Below, in pieces: positions 9,266 through 17,875 of a stretch of DNA of 64,000 nt. The notes below the pieces were generated by a model. The model was given only the letters and a program-made list of their open reading frames with translations, ran no database searches and was not told where the DNA came from. Both the position numbers and the translations under genes were made by a program. The first letter of the stretch is position 1. Each line of letters begins with the position of its first letter. Source of the DNA: Deltaproteobacteria bacterium (lineage in GTDB: Bacteria > Myxococcota_A > UBA9160 > SZUA-336); NCBI GenBank assembly GCA_031396695.1, contig JANNLG010000062.1, forward strand, positions 17,746-81,745, read 5' to 3'.

Positions 9266-9961
9266 ATGCCGATCGTCGATACGAACGCGCTTCCCACCCG
9301 CGAGCCGAAGCCCGGCTGGCACGGGCGATTCTTCGGCTCGCAGTCGATGACGTTCGCGTACTACGCGATCGATGGCGGCGCTTCGCTGCACGAGCACTCG
9401 CACGCGAACGAGGAAGTCTGGAACGTGCTCTCGGGCGAGCTCGAGATCACGATCGCGGGCGACTCCTTCCGTGTCGGCGCTGGCGCCGCTGCGGTCGTGC
9501 CGCCGCACACCGCGCACTCGGTGCGCGCGCTCGCGCCGAGCACGGTGATCGTGGTCGACGAGGGCCTGCGTGGCGAAGTCGGCGGCGGGAATCGCGCGGC
9601 GCTCTCGGTGGAGCTCCACGTCGCCGGCGGCGGCACGATCGCGCTCGAGATCCGCAATCACGGCCGAGAGCCCGGTGTGCTGCGCCGGATCGATCTCGAG
9701 CTCGGCCGCTCGGCGACGCTGCCCGCGCCCGCGCGCACCGAGATTCCCGCGGGCGAGCTTCCCGAGCGCGAGCCGATCGCCGGTCTCGCGATGCTTCACC
9801 GCGCGTATCCGACCGAGGGAAAACCCGTCGCCTGGCTGCGCGGCGCGATCTTCTACGAGGACGCGCGCGGCGAACGCCACCACACCACGTTCTGCCGCGT
9901 GCTCGCAGCGGAGCGCCGCTACGTTCCGCCGGCGCTGCCCGGCTACAACTACGGCTCGTAG
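9266..9961 (+). CDS. Cupin domain protein
   Basis: Cupin motif region (HEHSHANEEVWNVLSGE…PPHTAHS). Confidence 0.6.
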   Translation: MPIVDTNALPTREPKPGWHGRFFGSQSMTFAYYAIDGGASLHEHSHANEEVWNVLSGELEITIAGDSFRVGAGAAAVVPPHTAHSVRALAPSTVIVVDEGLRGEVGGGNRAALSVELHVAGGGTIALEIRNHGREPGVLRRIDLELGRSATLPAPARTEIPAGELPEREPIAGLAMLHRAYPTEGKPVAWLRGAIFYEDARGERHHTTFCRVLAAERRYVPPALPGYNYGS

Positions 9962-10962
9962 GCCAGCAGCGCTCGCGCGCGCTCGAGCAGCGGCACGATC
10001 GAACGGCCGGTGATCTCCCAGAGCGGATCGTGGCGCTTGCCGCGCCGGTGCAAGCCCAGGTTCAAGCCCGTGATGATCGCGAACTTGTAGGCGGCCAGCG
10101 CCCGAAACCAACCCAGGTCGGGCAGCGGATCGCCCCAGGCCTTCGCGTAGAGCGCGAGCAGCTCGTCGGCCGGAATCAGCACGGGGGTGGGCGCGCCGTC
10201 GCTCGCCCAGGCGCTCGGGTCGTTGAAGGTCGCGACCCAGCCGACATCGTTCAGTGTCGCGCCGATCCCGCACAGCTCCCAGTCGATCACCGCGAGCAGG
10301 CGACCCTGCATCGACCAGAACGTGTTCATCCAGTTGTAGTCGCCGTGGAACAGGCCGATCGGCGCGTCCTTCGGGATTCGCGCCAAGAGCTTCGCGCGCA
10401 CCTCCGGCTGGAGCGCCATCGACTCGGGGTCGGGCGCGCGCTCGACGAAGCGGTCCCAGCGCGCGACGTCGTCCTCGCACGGAATCGGCTCGCCGAGATA
10501 CACGAGCTGCTCGCGCCAGGCGACGCGGTGGATGTTCGCGAGCGCCGTCATCGCCTGGTCGGCCAGCTCGCGGCGCTGCTCGGGTCCGAGCCTCTCGCCC
10601 CACTGACCCGGCCCGAAGCGCAGCACGTCGCCCTCGAGCTTCGGCACCGCGAAGTACGGGCGGCCGAACCACTCGAGATCCGCGCCCGCCCACTTCACCG
10701 AGCAGTGGGGAACAGGCCCACCGTCGAGCGCGCGCAGTGCCGCAACTTGGCGCAGCACGTCGGCGGTTCCCTTCCACTGCACGTTCGGCGGCGGCAGGCG
10801 CAGGAACCAGCTCTCCACGCTGCCGCGCGACACGACCGTGAAGCCGTACGCGAAGCCCGCGTGACCCGGCATCATGTGCACGTCGCGGACCTCGGCCGCA
10901 GGGTCGTCGTACTTCGCGCGCGCGAACGGCACGAGGCGCGTTTCCAGCTCGGCGAGCTGCAT
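9949..10962 (-). CDS. Phosphotransferase (APH/ChoK kinase-like fold)
   Basis: Brenner motif HGDYNWMN and VIDWE are present. The start is ambiguous (10962 or 11001). Confidence 0.7.
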   Translation of the reverse strand: MQLAELETRLVPFARAKYDDPAAEVRDVHMMPGHAGFAYGFTVVSRGSVESWFLRLPPPNVQWKGTADVLRQVAALRALDGGPVPHCSVKWAGADLEWFGRPYFAVPKLEGDVLRFGPGQWGERLGPEQRRELADQAMTALANIHRVAWREQLVYLGEPIPCEDDVARWDRFVERAPDPESMALQPEVRAKLLARIPKDAPIGLFHGDYNWMNTFWSMQGRLLAVIDWELCGIGATLNDVGWVATFNDPSAWASDGAPTPVLIPADELLALYAKAWGDPLPDLGWFRALAAYKFAIITGLNLGLHRRGKRHDPLWEITGRSIVPLLERARALLAYEP

Positions 10963-11051
10963 CGATCGTTCCTTCTCCCGTGTCCATCGTACCCGACTCA
11001 AGCTGCGGGCTGGTCGGCGCTCGCGACCCAGCGTACCCTGCGCGCCCGACG

Positions 11052-12956
11052 ATGGACCACCGCCGACTGCCGCATCAGGCTGCGATCGCGCTCGCCGGCC
11101 TGGCGCTCGTATTCACGAGCTGCGGCGGTGTTCCGGTGGGCGTGTCGCATGCGGATCCGACTCGCGTGCAGCGCGAGCTCACCTCGAACGTGCTCAACAG
11201 CGGCGCGCCGAGCGTGCTCTCGACGCAGGTGCTGCAGCGTCAGGATCTGTACGTCGTGTGGCAGGCGGATCCCGCAGCAGCGCTGGCGGAGCTGCACGCG
11301 CGCATCGGCGATGCGGGCGCGCAGTACCGCGTCTTCGCGCTGGCAGAGCTCTCCTACGCGTGGGCCGAGGAATCCGACGACCGCAGTTACTATCTGGCCG
11401 CCGCGGTGTACGCCTACGCGCTGCTGTTTCCCGGCGACGCTGACGCGGACCCGCTCGAGGCGAGTGACCCGCGCGTGCGCGTCGCCTGCGACCTCTACAA
11501 CCGCGGCCTCGCCGAGGGCCTGAAGGCCGCGGACGGACGCGACGACGTGCGCTCCGGGCCGCGCATGCTGCCGTTCGGCATGCTCGAGATCACGCTCGAT
11601 CCGCGCGGACTGTCGTGGGGCGGCTATCGCTTGGAGCAGTTCGTGCCGGCGGCCGACCTGCTCGTGCGCGGTCTGCGCAATCGCTACCGCAGGGCGGGGA
11701 TCGGGGCGCCGCTCGTCGCCCGCATCGCGCCGGAACAGACGCGGCAGCAGGAAGCCGCGACCCGGCGCATCCCCGAACTGGTCAAGATCCCGGTGACCGC
11801 TCTGCTCCGGATCGAGAACCCGCGCGCGAACCTCGACAGCGGCTGGCTCGCGGGAACGCTCGAGCTGCTATCGCAAGACGACGCCCTGAGCGTGACGATC
11901 GACGGACGCGATTGGCCGCTCGAATTCGAAACGAGCTCGGCGCTCGCGGACATGCTCGGTGACTCGCCGTGGTGGGATTTCGAGCTCGACGGCTTCTTCT
12001 CGGGCGTGTTCCGGACCGACGCCGAGCACCGCGGCGCGGATGACGGGCTGCTGCTGATCCACCCGTACCGTCCGGGCTTGATCCCGGTGGTGCTCGTACA
12101 CGGAACGGCGTCGAGCCCGGCGCGCTGGGCGGACCTGATGAACGAGCTCGAGATCGATCGCGACATCTGGGGCCGGTACCAGATCTGGCTCTACCAGTAC
12201 AACAGCGGCAATCCGATCGGCTACTCCGCCGGCGCGATGCGTCAGGCACTGGAGAAGGCCGTGCGGGAGCTCGATCCGCACGGGACGGATCTCGCGCTGC
12301 GCCGCATGGTGGTGATCGGCCACAGCCAGGGCGGGTTGCTCGCGAAGCTTACCGCGGTCGACAGCGCGGACGTGTTCTGGAAGCTCTCCAGCGATGGTGC
12401 GTTCGAAGACGTGCGGATGGACGACGAGACACGCGTGATTCTCGCGAACTCGAACTTCTTCAAGCCCGAGCCGTTCGTCGCGCGCGTGATCTTCGTGTGC
12501 ACGCCGCACCGCGGCAGCTTCCTCGCCGGCATGTCGCTGAGCCGGCTCGTGGGGTCGTTCGTCGCGCTGCCGAGCGAGCTCACCGGTCGCATGCGCGAGG
12601 TGCTCACCTTGAACGAGGGCGCGCTCATCCTGCGCCACTTCGACCAACTGCCGACGAGCCTCGACAACATGAACCCATCGAGCGAGTTCATCCAAGCGCT
12701 GTCCGCGCTGCCGATCGCGCCCGGCATCGCGGCGAACTCGATCATCGCCGTCGACGACGAGGACGCGCTCGACGTGGCGAGCGACGGAGTCGTGACCTAC
12801 GCGAGCGCGCACATCGAGGGCGTCGAGTCCGAGAAGATCGTCCGCTCCGGTCACTCCGCGCAGGGCAACCCGGCCACGATCGAGGAGATCCGACGGATCC
12901 TGATGCTGCACCTGCGCGAGAGCGGCGACCTCACTCCCCCAGAGCGAACGCCGTGA
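11052..12956 (+). CDS. Lipoprotein with C-terminal α/β-hydrolase (lipase/esterase-like) domain
   Basis: Start at MDHRRL…FTSCGG lipobox. The nucleophile elbow is GHSQGG. A ~330-aa N-terminal domain has no recognised function. Confidence 0.65.
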   Translation: MDHRRLPHQAAIALAGLALVFTSCGGVPVGVSHADPTRVQRELTSNVLNSGAPSVLSTQVLQRQDLYVVWQADPAAALAELHARIGDAGAQYRVFALAELSYAWAEESDDRSYYLAAAVYAYALLFPGDADADPLEASDPRVRVACDLYNRGLAEGLKAADGRDDVRSGPRMLPFGMLEITLDPRGLSWGGYRLEQFVPAADLLVRGLRNRYRRAGIGAPLVARIAPEQTRQQEAATRRIPELVKIPVTALLRIENPRANLDSGWLAGTLELLSQDDALSVTIDGRDWPLEFETSSALADMLGDSPWWDFELDGFFSGVFRTDAEHRGADDGLLLIHPYRPGLIPVVLVHGTASSPARWADLMNELEIDRDIWGRYQIWLYQYNSGNPIGYSAGAMRQALEKAVRELDPHGTDLALRRMVVIGHSQGGLLAKLTAVDSADVFWKLSSDGAFEDVRMDDETRVILANSNFFKPEPFVARVIFVCTPHRGSFLAGMSLSRLVGSFVALPSELTGRMREVLTLNEGALILRHFDQLPTSLDNMNPSSEFIQALSALPIAPGIAANSIIAVDDEDALDVASDGVVTYASAHIEGVESEKIVRSGHSAQGNPATIEEIRRILMLHLRESGDLTPPERTP

Positions 12957-13791
12957 GCACCTTCTCGAACGCCTCCGGGTTGTCGAGCATCACGGAGTGT
13001 CCCGCGCGCGCGACGGTCTCGAGCTTCGCGTTCGGAATCACGTCGTCGACCATCTTGTCCGCGACCTCGGCGGACATCACGTCGGAGGCGGCGCCGCGCA
13101 CCACCAGAGTCGGGCAGGGCAGCTTCGCGAGCGCGGCCCACAAGTGCTTCGCCTCCTGCTCCGACCAGGCTTTCGCGTCCTCGGCGGAGATGCCCTTGCG
13201 CGCCTTCATGAAGGCGGGGTCGAGCCGCAGCTCGTAGCGACCATCGGGCCGCGCGCGGGTCCAGTGCACGGCGAGCTTCGCCAGGATCTCCGGCTTGGTC
13301 GAGGCGTATTGTCGTTGGAGCACGCGCTCGTAGTCCGCCACGCTCGCGAACGACCAGTCCTGCTGCTGCACATCGAGGCTGATGCGCGTGGTGCCGCGCA
13401 AGTCGAGATCGGGCGCGGAGTCGACGATCACCAGCCCGGCGAGCTTGTCCGGAAACAATCCGGCGAAGCGCATCGCCACGCGCCCGCCGAGTGAGTGACC
13501 GACCAGCACCACGCGCGACACGCCCAGTGACTCGATCGCCGCGTTCGCGTCGCGCGCCATGGTCTCGTGGTCGTAGCGTGCGTCGGGATCCCGGCCCGAA
13601 TCGCCGTGACCGCGCTGGTCGAGCGCCAGCACGCGATAGTGCGGGGCGAGCACCGGAGCGACCCAGTCCCAGACGTGCGCGTCGTTCGAGAAGCCGTGCA
13701 GGAACAGCAGCAGCGTGCCGTCCTGGCTCCATTCGAGCGCGTGTAGATCGAGGCCGTGCGTGCCGGGCAGACGGGTCGAGCGGGGTTGCAT
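12931..13791 (-). CDS. α/β-hydrolase fold protein
   Basis: GHSLGG nucleophile motif and HGFS oxyanion region. Confidence 0.8.
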   Translation of the reverse strand: MQPRSTRLPGTHGLDLHALEWSQDGTLLLFLHGFSNDAHVWDWVAPVLAPHYRVLALDQRGHGDSGRDPDARYDHETMARDANAAIESLGVSRVVLVGHSLGGRVAMRFAGLFPDKLAGLVIVDSAPDLDLRGTTRISLDVQQQDWSFASVADYERVLQRQYASTKPEILAKLAVHWTRARPDGRYELRLDPAFMKARKGISAEDAKAWSEQEAKHLWAALAKLPCPTLVVRGAASDVMSAEVADKMVDDVIPNAKLETVARAGHSVMLDNPEAFEKVLTAFALGE

Positions 13792-13841
13792 CGGGCGATT
13801 CTAGCGAGGTTCGAGTCTCGCGCGGGAACGGCGGGAGTGGA

Positions 13842-13886
13842 GGGGCGGGTGGGGGGGGGGGGGCGGGGGGGGCGCCCCCCCGCCCC
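13842..13886. repeat. Homopolymeric G13–C–G8 tract followed by C7/C4 runs (intergenic)
   Basis: Read directly: GGGTG13CG8CGC7GC4. It lies between the stop of 13901..14443 (-) and the start of 12931..13791 (-). Confidence 0.9.
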
Positions 13887-13900
13887 GGGACCGGCTCTGC

Positions 13901-14443
13901 CTAGTTCGGCACGAAGGCGTCGCACTCCTCGTCCCCGAGCCCGCCTTCATCGTCCGCGTCGCAGCTCCCGCACTTCGCACCGGTGGCGCTCAGCACTCCC
14001 GAGAGTTGCGCGGCGCTGTCGCCGTTCGAGATCCGGACCACGGCATCCGCGCCGCCCTTGCTTCCGCCCGCCTGCGTGAGGTTGAGGAAAGCTCCGGCCG
14101 CGATCGGAAACTGGACCCAGTCTCCGTCGATGTATGTGATCCGGACGAAGCCGTCGGGGCCGTAGTTGGATACCGCCAAATGGTAGGTGTACGGCTTGCC
14201 GAGCTTTGCTCCGCAGATCGCTCCGGAGTCGGGTTGGTTCGCGGGGTTGCTCCCGTCGAAGAGCGCGAACTCGTTCTTGAAGGTCGCCGGCGGATTCTTG
14301 TAGTTCTTCTTGTGGTGGCCGTGGCTGCGACCGCGTCCGTCGTTGTCGTTGTCGTTGTCGTCGTCGTCGGCTACGGCGCCCACTCCCCCCGTCAACGCGA
14401 ATACGGTCAAAGTCAGAAGCACCAAGGTCTTTCGCTTGTACAT
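13901..14443 (-). CDS. Secreted hypothetical protein with poly-Asp/Asn acidic tract, His-rich patch and C-terminal Cys cluster
   Basis: Start MYKRKTLVLL… (signal peptide, GGGGAG RBS). Low-complexity ADDDDNDNDNDGRGRSHGHHKK segment and a CGSCD…EECD tail. Confidence 0.6.
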   Translation of the reverse strand: MYKRKTLVLLTLTVFALTGGVGAVADDDDNDNDNDGRGRSHGHHKKNYKNPPATFKNEFALFDGSNPANQPDSGAICGAKLGKPYTYHLAVSNYGPDGFVRITYIDGDWVQFPIAAGAFLNLTQAGGSKGGADAVVRISNGDSAAQLSGVLSATGAKCGSCDADDEGGLGDEECDAFVPN

Positions 14444-14561
14444 CGCTGTTCTCCCCTTCAGCAGCAGACTCACCCCCGGGCTGGGACGCACCCGATCATA
14501 AACCTCTACGGGTTCGGATTGGAATCTGGCGGGCGTCGCAAGGGCCGCACACGGCTTTGTG

Positions 14562-15350
14562 TCAGTCGGCCCCGCCGGGTTCCACGCCGCGGGCGCGCAG
14601 GCGGGCACGCGCGCGAGCCCGCAGCTCGCCGATCGCCGCATGCGTCCGGTCGCGCAGACCGTTGCGGTCCTCGCTCGAGAGACCGTCCACCGGGATCGGC
14701 TCGCCGATTTCGAGCACGATCGGACCGCGCCGCACGAGCAGCGATCCGGGTCGCCAGATGTCGAACGTGCCCGCGACGGCGATCGGTAGGATCGGCAGCT
14801 TGAAGTCGAGCGCGGTCGCGAACGCGCCCATCTTGAAAGCGCGGTACGAGCCGTCGCGCGAGCGGTTGCCCTCGGCGAAGAACAGGATCGACACGTCGGG
14901 GCTGCGGTCGGACATGCCTGCCTGGATCCGCTTCACGTCTGCGGCGGTGCGCGTGCGCTGCACGGCGATGTTGCCGGTGCGGCGCAGCGCGGAGCCGAAC
15001 ACGGGGATCAGCAAGAGCTGCGACTTCAGCACGAAACGGATCACCAGCTCGGGCAGCGACGCCAGGATCGTCGGTGGATCCCAGTTGCTCTCGTGATTCG
15101 AGACGACCACGTAGGCCTGCCCGGCTTTCAGGTGCTCGAGCCCACGGCGCTCGACGCGCGTACCCGCGATCCGCAGGCACGAGCGACCGAAGCCGCGGTA
15201 GTAGCGGTGCGCGGCGCGGGGCGTCGCGCCGAAGAACGCGTGCACCACCGCGAGCGCGCTCCAGATCATCAGGTTCAGCGGCAGCGCGAGCAGCGCGAAG
15301 AGTCCGCGCGGCCAGAGTCGCAGGCGCGAGAGCATCCCCATCGATCGCAA
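14562..15350 (-). CDS. 1-acyl-sn-glycerol-3-phosphate acyltransferase-like (PlsC/LPLAT family)
   Basis: HX4D acyltransferase motif (NHESNWD), FAEGNRS and PILPIA blocks. N-terminal TM anchor. Confidence 0.8.
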   Translation of the reverse strand: MRSMGMLSRLRLWPRGLFALLALPLNLMIWSALAVVHAFFGATPRAAHRYYRGFGRSCLRIAGTRVERRGLEHLKAGQAYVVVSNHESNWDPPTILASLPELVIRFVLKSQLLLIPVFGSALRRTGNIAVQRTRTAADVKRIQAGMSDRSPDVSILFFAEGNRSRDGSYRAFKMGAFATALDFKLPILPIAVAGTFDIWRPGSLLVRRGPIVLEIGEPIPVDGLSSEDRNGLRDRTHAAIGELRARARARLRARGVEPGGAD

Positions 15351-15360
15351 GACTAGCGCG

Positions 15361-17001
15361 ATGGCCCGGCGCGAGCCGCCCGTTCATAATGCGCGGGTGA
15401 AGCGCTTGAAGTTCTGGGGCTGGGGCTACGAGGACGAGGGTCCCGACGAGGCGGCGCGTGCGCGCCTGGCGCGCGGTCTCGGCGAGCGTTTCGATCGTTC
15501 CGACCTCGCGCCCACGCCGTATCCGCGCATTTCGGAGCTCGCGTTGCCCGCGCCGCGCGTGCGCGCACCCGCCGCGCTGGCTGCGCTCACGAGCGACGAT
15601 CCGTGGGAGCGGGCGCGGCACGCGCACGGGCAGGGCTACCGCGACATCGTGCGCACGCTTCGTCGCGAGTTTCCCGCGCCGCCGGACCTGGTCGCGTTCC
15701 CGACCAGCGAGGCGCAGGTCGCGGACCTGCTCGACTTCTGCGCTCGCGAACGGCTCGCGGCCGTGCCGTTCGGCGGCGGCTCGAGCGTGGTGGGCGGCGT
15801 CGAAACGGAGTTCGCGGGCGATCACCGCGGCGTGATCACGATCGATCTCGGTCGCATGGACCGCGTGCTCGAAGTCGACCGCGCGTCGCGCGCGGCGCGC
15901 ATCCAGGCCGGCGTGCTCGGGCCCGCGCTCGAGGATCAGCTCCGCCCGCACGGTCTGACGCTGCGCCACTTCCCGCAATCGTTCGAGTTCAGCTCGCTCG
16001 GCGGCTGGATCGCGACGCGCAGCGGTGGACACTTCGCCACACACTTCACGCACATCGACGAGTTCGTCGAGGCGCTGCGGGTGGTGACACCGACCGGCGT
16101 CGTGGCCACGCGGCGACTGCCGGGCTCCGGCGCGGGTCCTTCGCCCGAGCGTTTCTTCATGGGCTCCGAAGGCACGCTCGGGATCATCACCGAGGCGTGG
16201 ATGCGTTTGCAGGATCGCCCCAGCCAGCGCGCGAACGCGAGCGTTCGCTTCGCGGAGTTCCCGGCGGCGGTGGCGGCGGTGCGCGCGTTGAGTCAATCCG
16301 GCCTCGAGCCGGCGAACTGCCGCTTGCTCGATCCGGGCGAGGCGGCGGCCTCCGCGGGCGCGACCGGCGGCGACTCGATCCTGGTGCTCGGCTTCGAATC
16401 GGCCGATCACGCGCTCGACGCCTGGATGGCGCGCGCGGTCGAGCTCTGCCGCGACCACGGCGGGATCGTGCCCGACGACGCGCTGCGCACGCGCTCCGAC
16501 GCCGGCGCCACGCGCGAGGGCGCGGCCGGCGCGTGGCGCAACGCCTTCATCGGCGCACCCTACGTGCGCGACGCGCTGGTCTCGATCGGCGTGTTCTGCG
16601 AGACCTTCGAGACCGCCACCACCTGGGACCGCTTCGAGCGCCTGCACGCGCGCGTGATGACGGAGGTGCGCGACGTGCTGGTGCGGCTGTGCGGCGCGGG
16701 CTCGATCACCTGCCGCTTCACGCACGTATATCCCGACGGTCCGGCGCCCTACTACTCGATGCTCGCCCCCGCGCGCCGCGGCTCGGAGCTCGAGCTCTGG
16801 GACGCGGTCAAGGCCGTCTCGGGCGAGATCATCGCGGCCGAGGGGGGCACGATCACGCACCACCACGCGGTGGGTCGCGATCACCGGACATGGTACGACG
16901 GCGAGCGACCCGACGGCTTCGCGCGCGCGCTGCGCGCCGCCAAGTCCGAGCTCGACCCGGCCTGGATCCTGAACCCCGGCGTGCTCTTCGATCGCGCCTG
17001 A
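15361..17001 (+). CDS. Alkyldihydroxyacetonephosphate synthase (AGPS) homologue, FAD-linked oxidase
   Basis: N-terminal WGWGY motif, FAD-binding PCMH region, and an ITHHHAVG tri-His catalytic motif characteristic of AGPS. The start may be later (GTG ~15397). Confidence 0.75.
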   Translation: MARREPPVHNARVKRLKFWGWGYEDEGPDEAARARLARGLGERFDRSDLAPTPYPRISELALPAPRVRAPAALAALTSDDPWERARHAHGQGYRDIVRTLRREFPAPPDLVAFPTSEAQVADLLDFCARERLAAVPFGGGSSVVGGVETEFAGDHRGVITIDLGRMDRVLEVDRASRAARIQAGVLGPALEDQLRPHGLTLRHFPQSFEFSSLGGWIATRSGGHFATHFTHIDEFVEALRVVTPTGVVATRRLPGSGAGPSPERFFMGSEGTLGIITEAWMRLQDRPSQRANASVRFAEFPAAVAAVRALSQSGLEPANCRLLDPGEAAASAGATGGDSILVLGFESADHALDAWMARAVELCRDHGGIVPDDALRTRSDAGATREGAAGAWRNAFIGAPYVRDALVSIGVFCETFETATTWDRFERLHARVMTEVRDVLVRLCGAGSITCRFTHVYPDGPAPYYSMLAPARRGSELELWDAVKAVSGEIIAAEGGTITHHHAVGRDHRTWYDGERPDGFARALRAAKSELDPAWILNPGVLFDRA

Positions 17002-17030
17002 TCCCAACGACCGACACGGAGGTGCGTAGC

Positions 17031-17843
17031 ATGACCGACGCCTATGAAACCCTGATCGTGACGCGCGAGCCCGGCGGGCTGGTCTTCTGCACGCTGAACC
17101 GTCCGCAGGCGCTGAACGCCATGAGCCCGAAGCTGGTCGACGAGCTGCACGCGTTCCTCGATCGGCTCCACGACGACACCGACGCGCGCGTCGTGATCCT
17201 GCGCGGAGCCGGCCGCGGTTTCTGCGCGGGGCTCGACCTGCGCGAGCAGACGGGAGCGGGCGCGACGCTTCGGCCGAGCGTCTCGACCAGCCTGCGCGGT
17301 CAGCACAAGATCGCGGAGCTCGTGATCAAGATGCGGCGCGTGTCTCAGGTGTTCATATCGCTCGTGCACGGCGCGGCGGCGGGCGGCGGCTTCGCGCTCG
17401 TGCTCGCCTCCGACATCCGCATCGCCGGCGAGAGCGCGCGCATGAACGCCGCCTTCATCCGGATCGGGCTTGGCGCGTGCGACATCGGCGCGTCGTACTT
17501 TCTGCCGCGCATCGTGGGCTCGTCGGTCGCCGCCGAGCTCTTGCTCACTGGCAACTTCATCGAAGCCCCGCGCGCGCTCGCGACCGGTTTGGTCTCGCGC
17601 GTGGTGCCCGACGCCGATCTCGAGAAGGCCGGCCGCGAGATGGCCGAAGCGATCCTGCGCAATTCGCCCGTCGGCGTGCGCCTGACCAAGGATTGCCTGA
17701 ACTGGAGCATCGACGCACCGACGCTGGAAGCCGCGATCGCGATGGAGGACCGGAACCAGATCCTCGCCAGCCAGAGCGGCGACTTTCGCGAAGGCGTCCG
17801 CGCTTTCCTGGAGAAGCGCCCGGCGAAATACAGCGGCGACTGA
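17031..17843 (+). CDS. Enoyl-CoA hydratase/isomerase family protein
   Basis: Crotonase fold with GAGRGFCAGLDL and GGGFAL motifs. Confidence 0.8.
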   Translation: MTDAYETLIVTREPGGLVFCTLNRPQALNAMSPKLVDELHAFLDRLHDDTDARVVILRGAGRGFCAGLDLREQTGAGATLRPSVSTSLRGQHKIAELVIKMRRVSQVFISLVHGAAAGGGFALVLASDIRIAGESARMNAAFIRIGLGACDIGASYFLPRIVGSSVAAELLLTGNFIEAPRALATGLVSRVVPDADLEKAGREMAEAILRNSPVGVRLTKDCLNWSIDAPTLEAAIAMEDRNQILASQSGDFREGVRAFLEKRPAKYSGD

Positions 17844-17875
17844 GTGTACGATCGACGAACCGAGGAGGACACAGG

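Noticed and set aside
13842-13886. CRISPR or tandem repeat array
   Set aside because: It is only a single homopolymer tract. No spaced direct repeats occur anywhere in the window.
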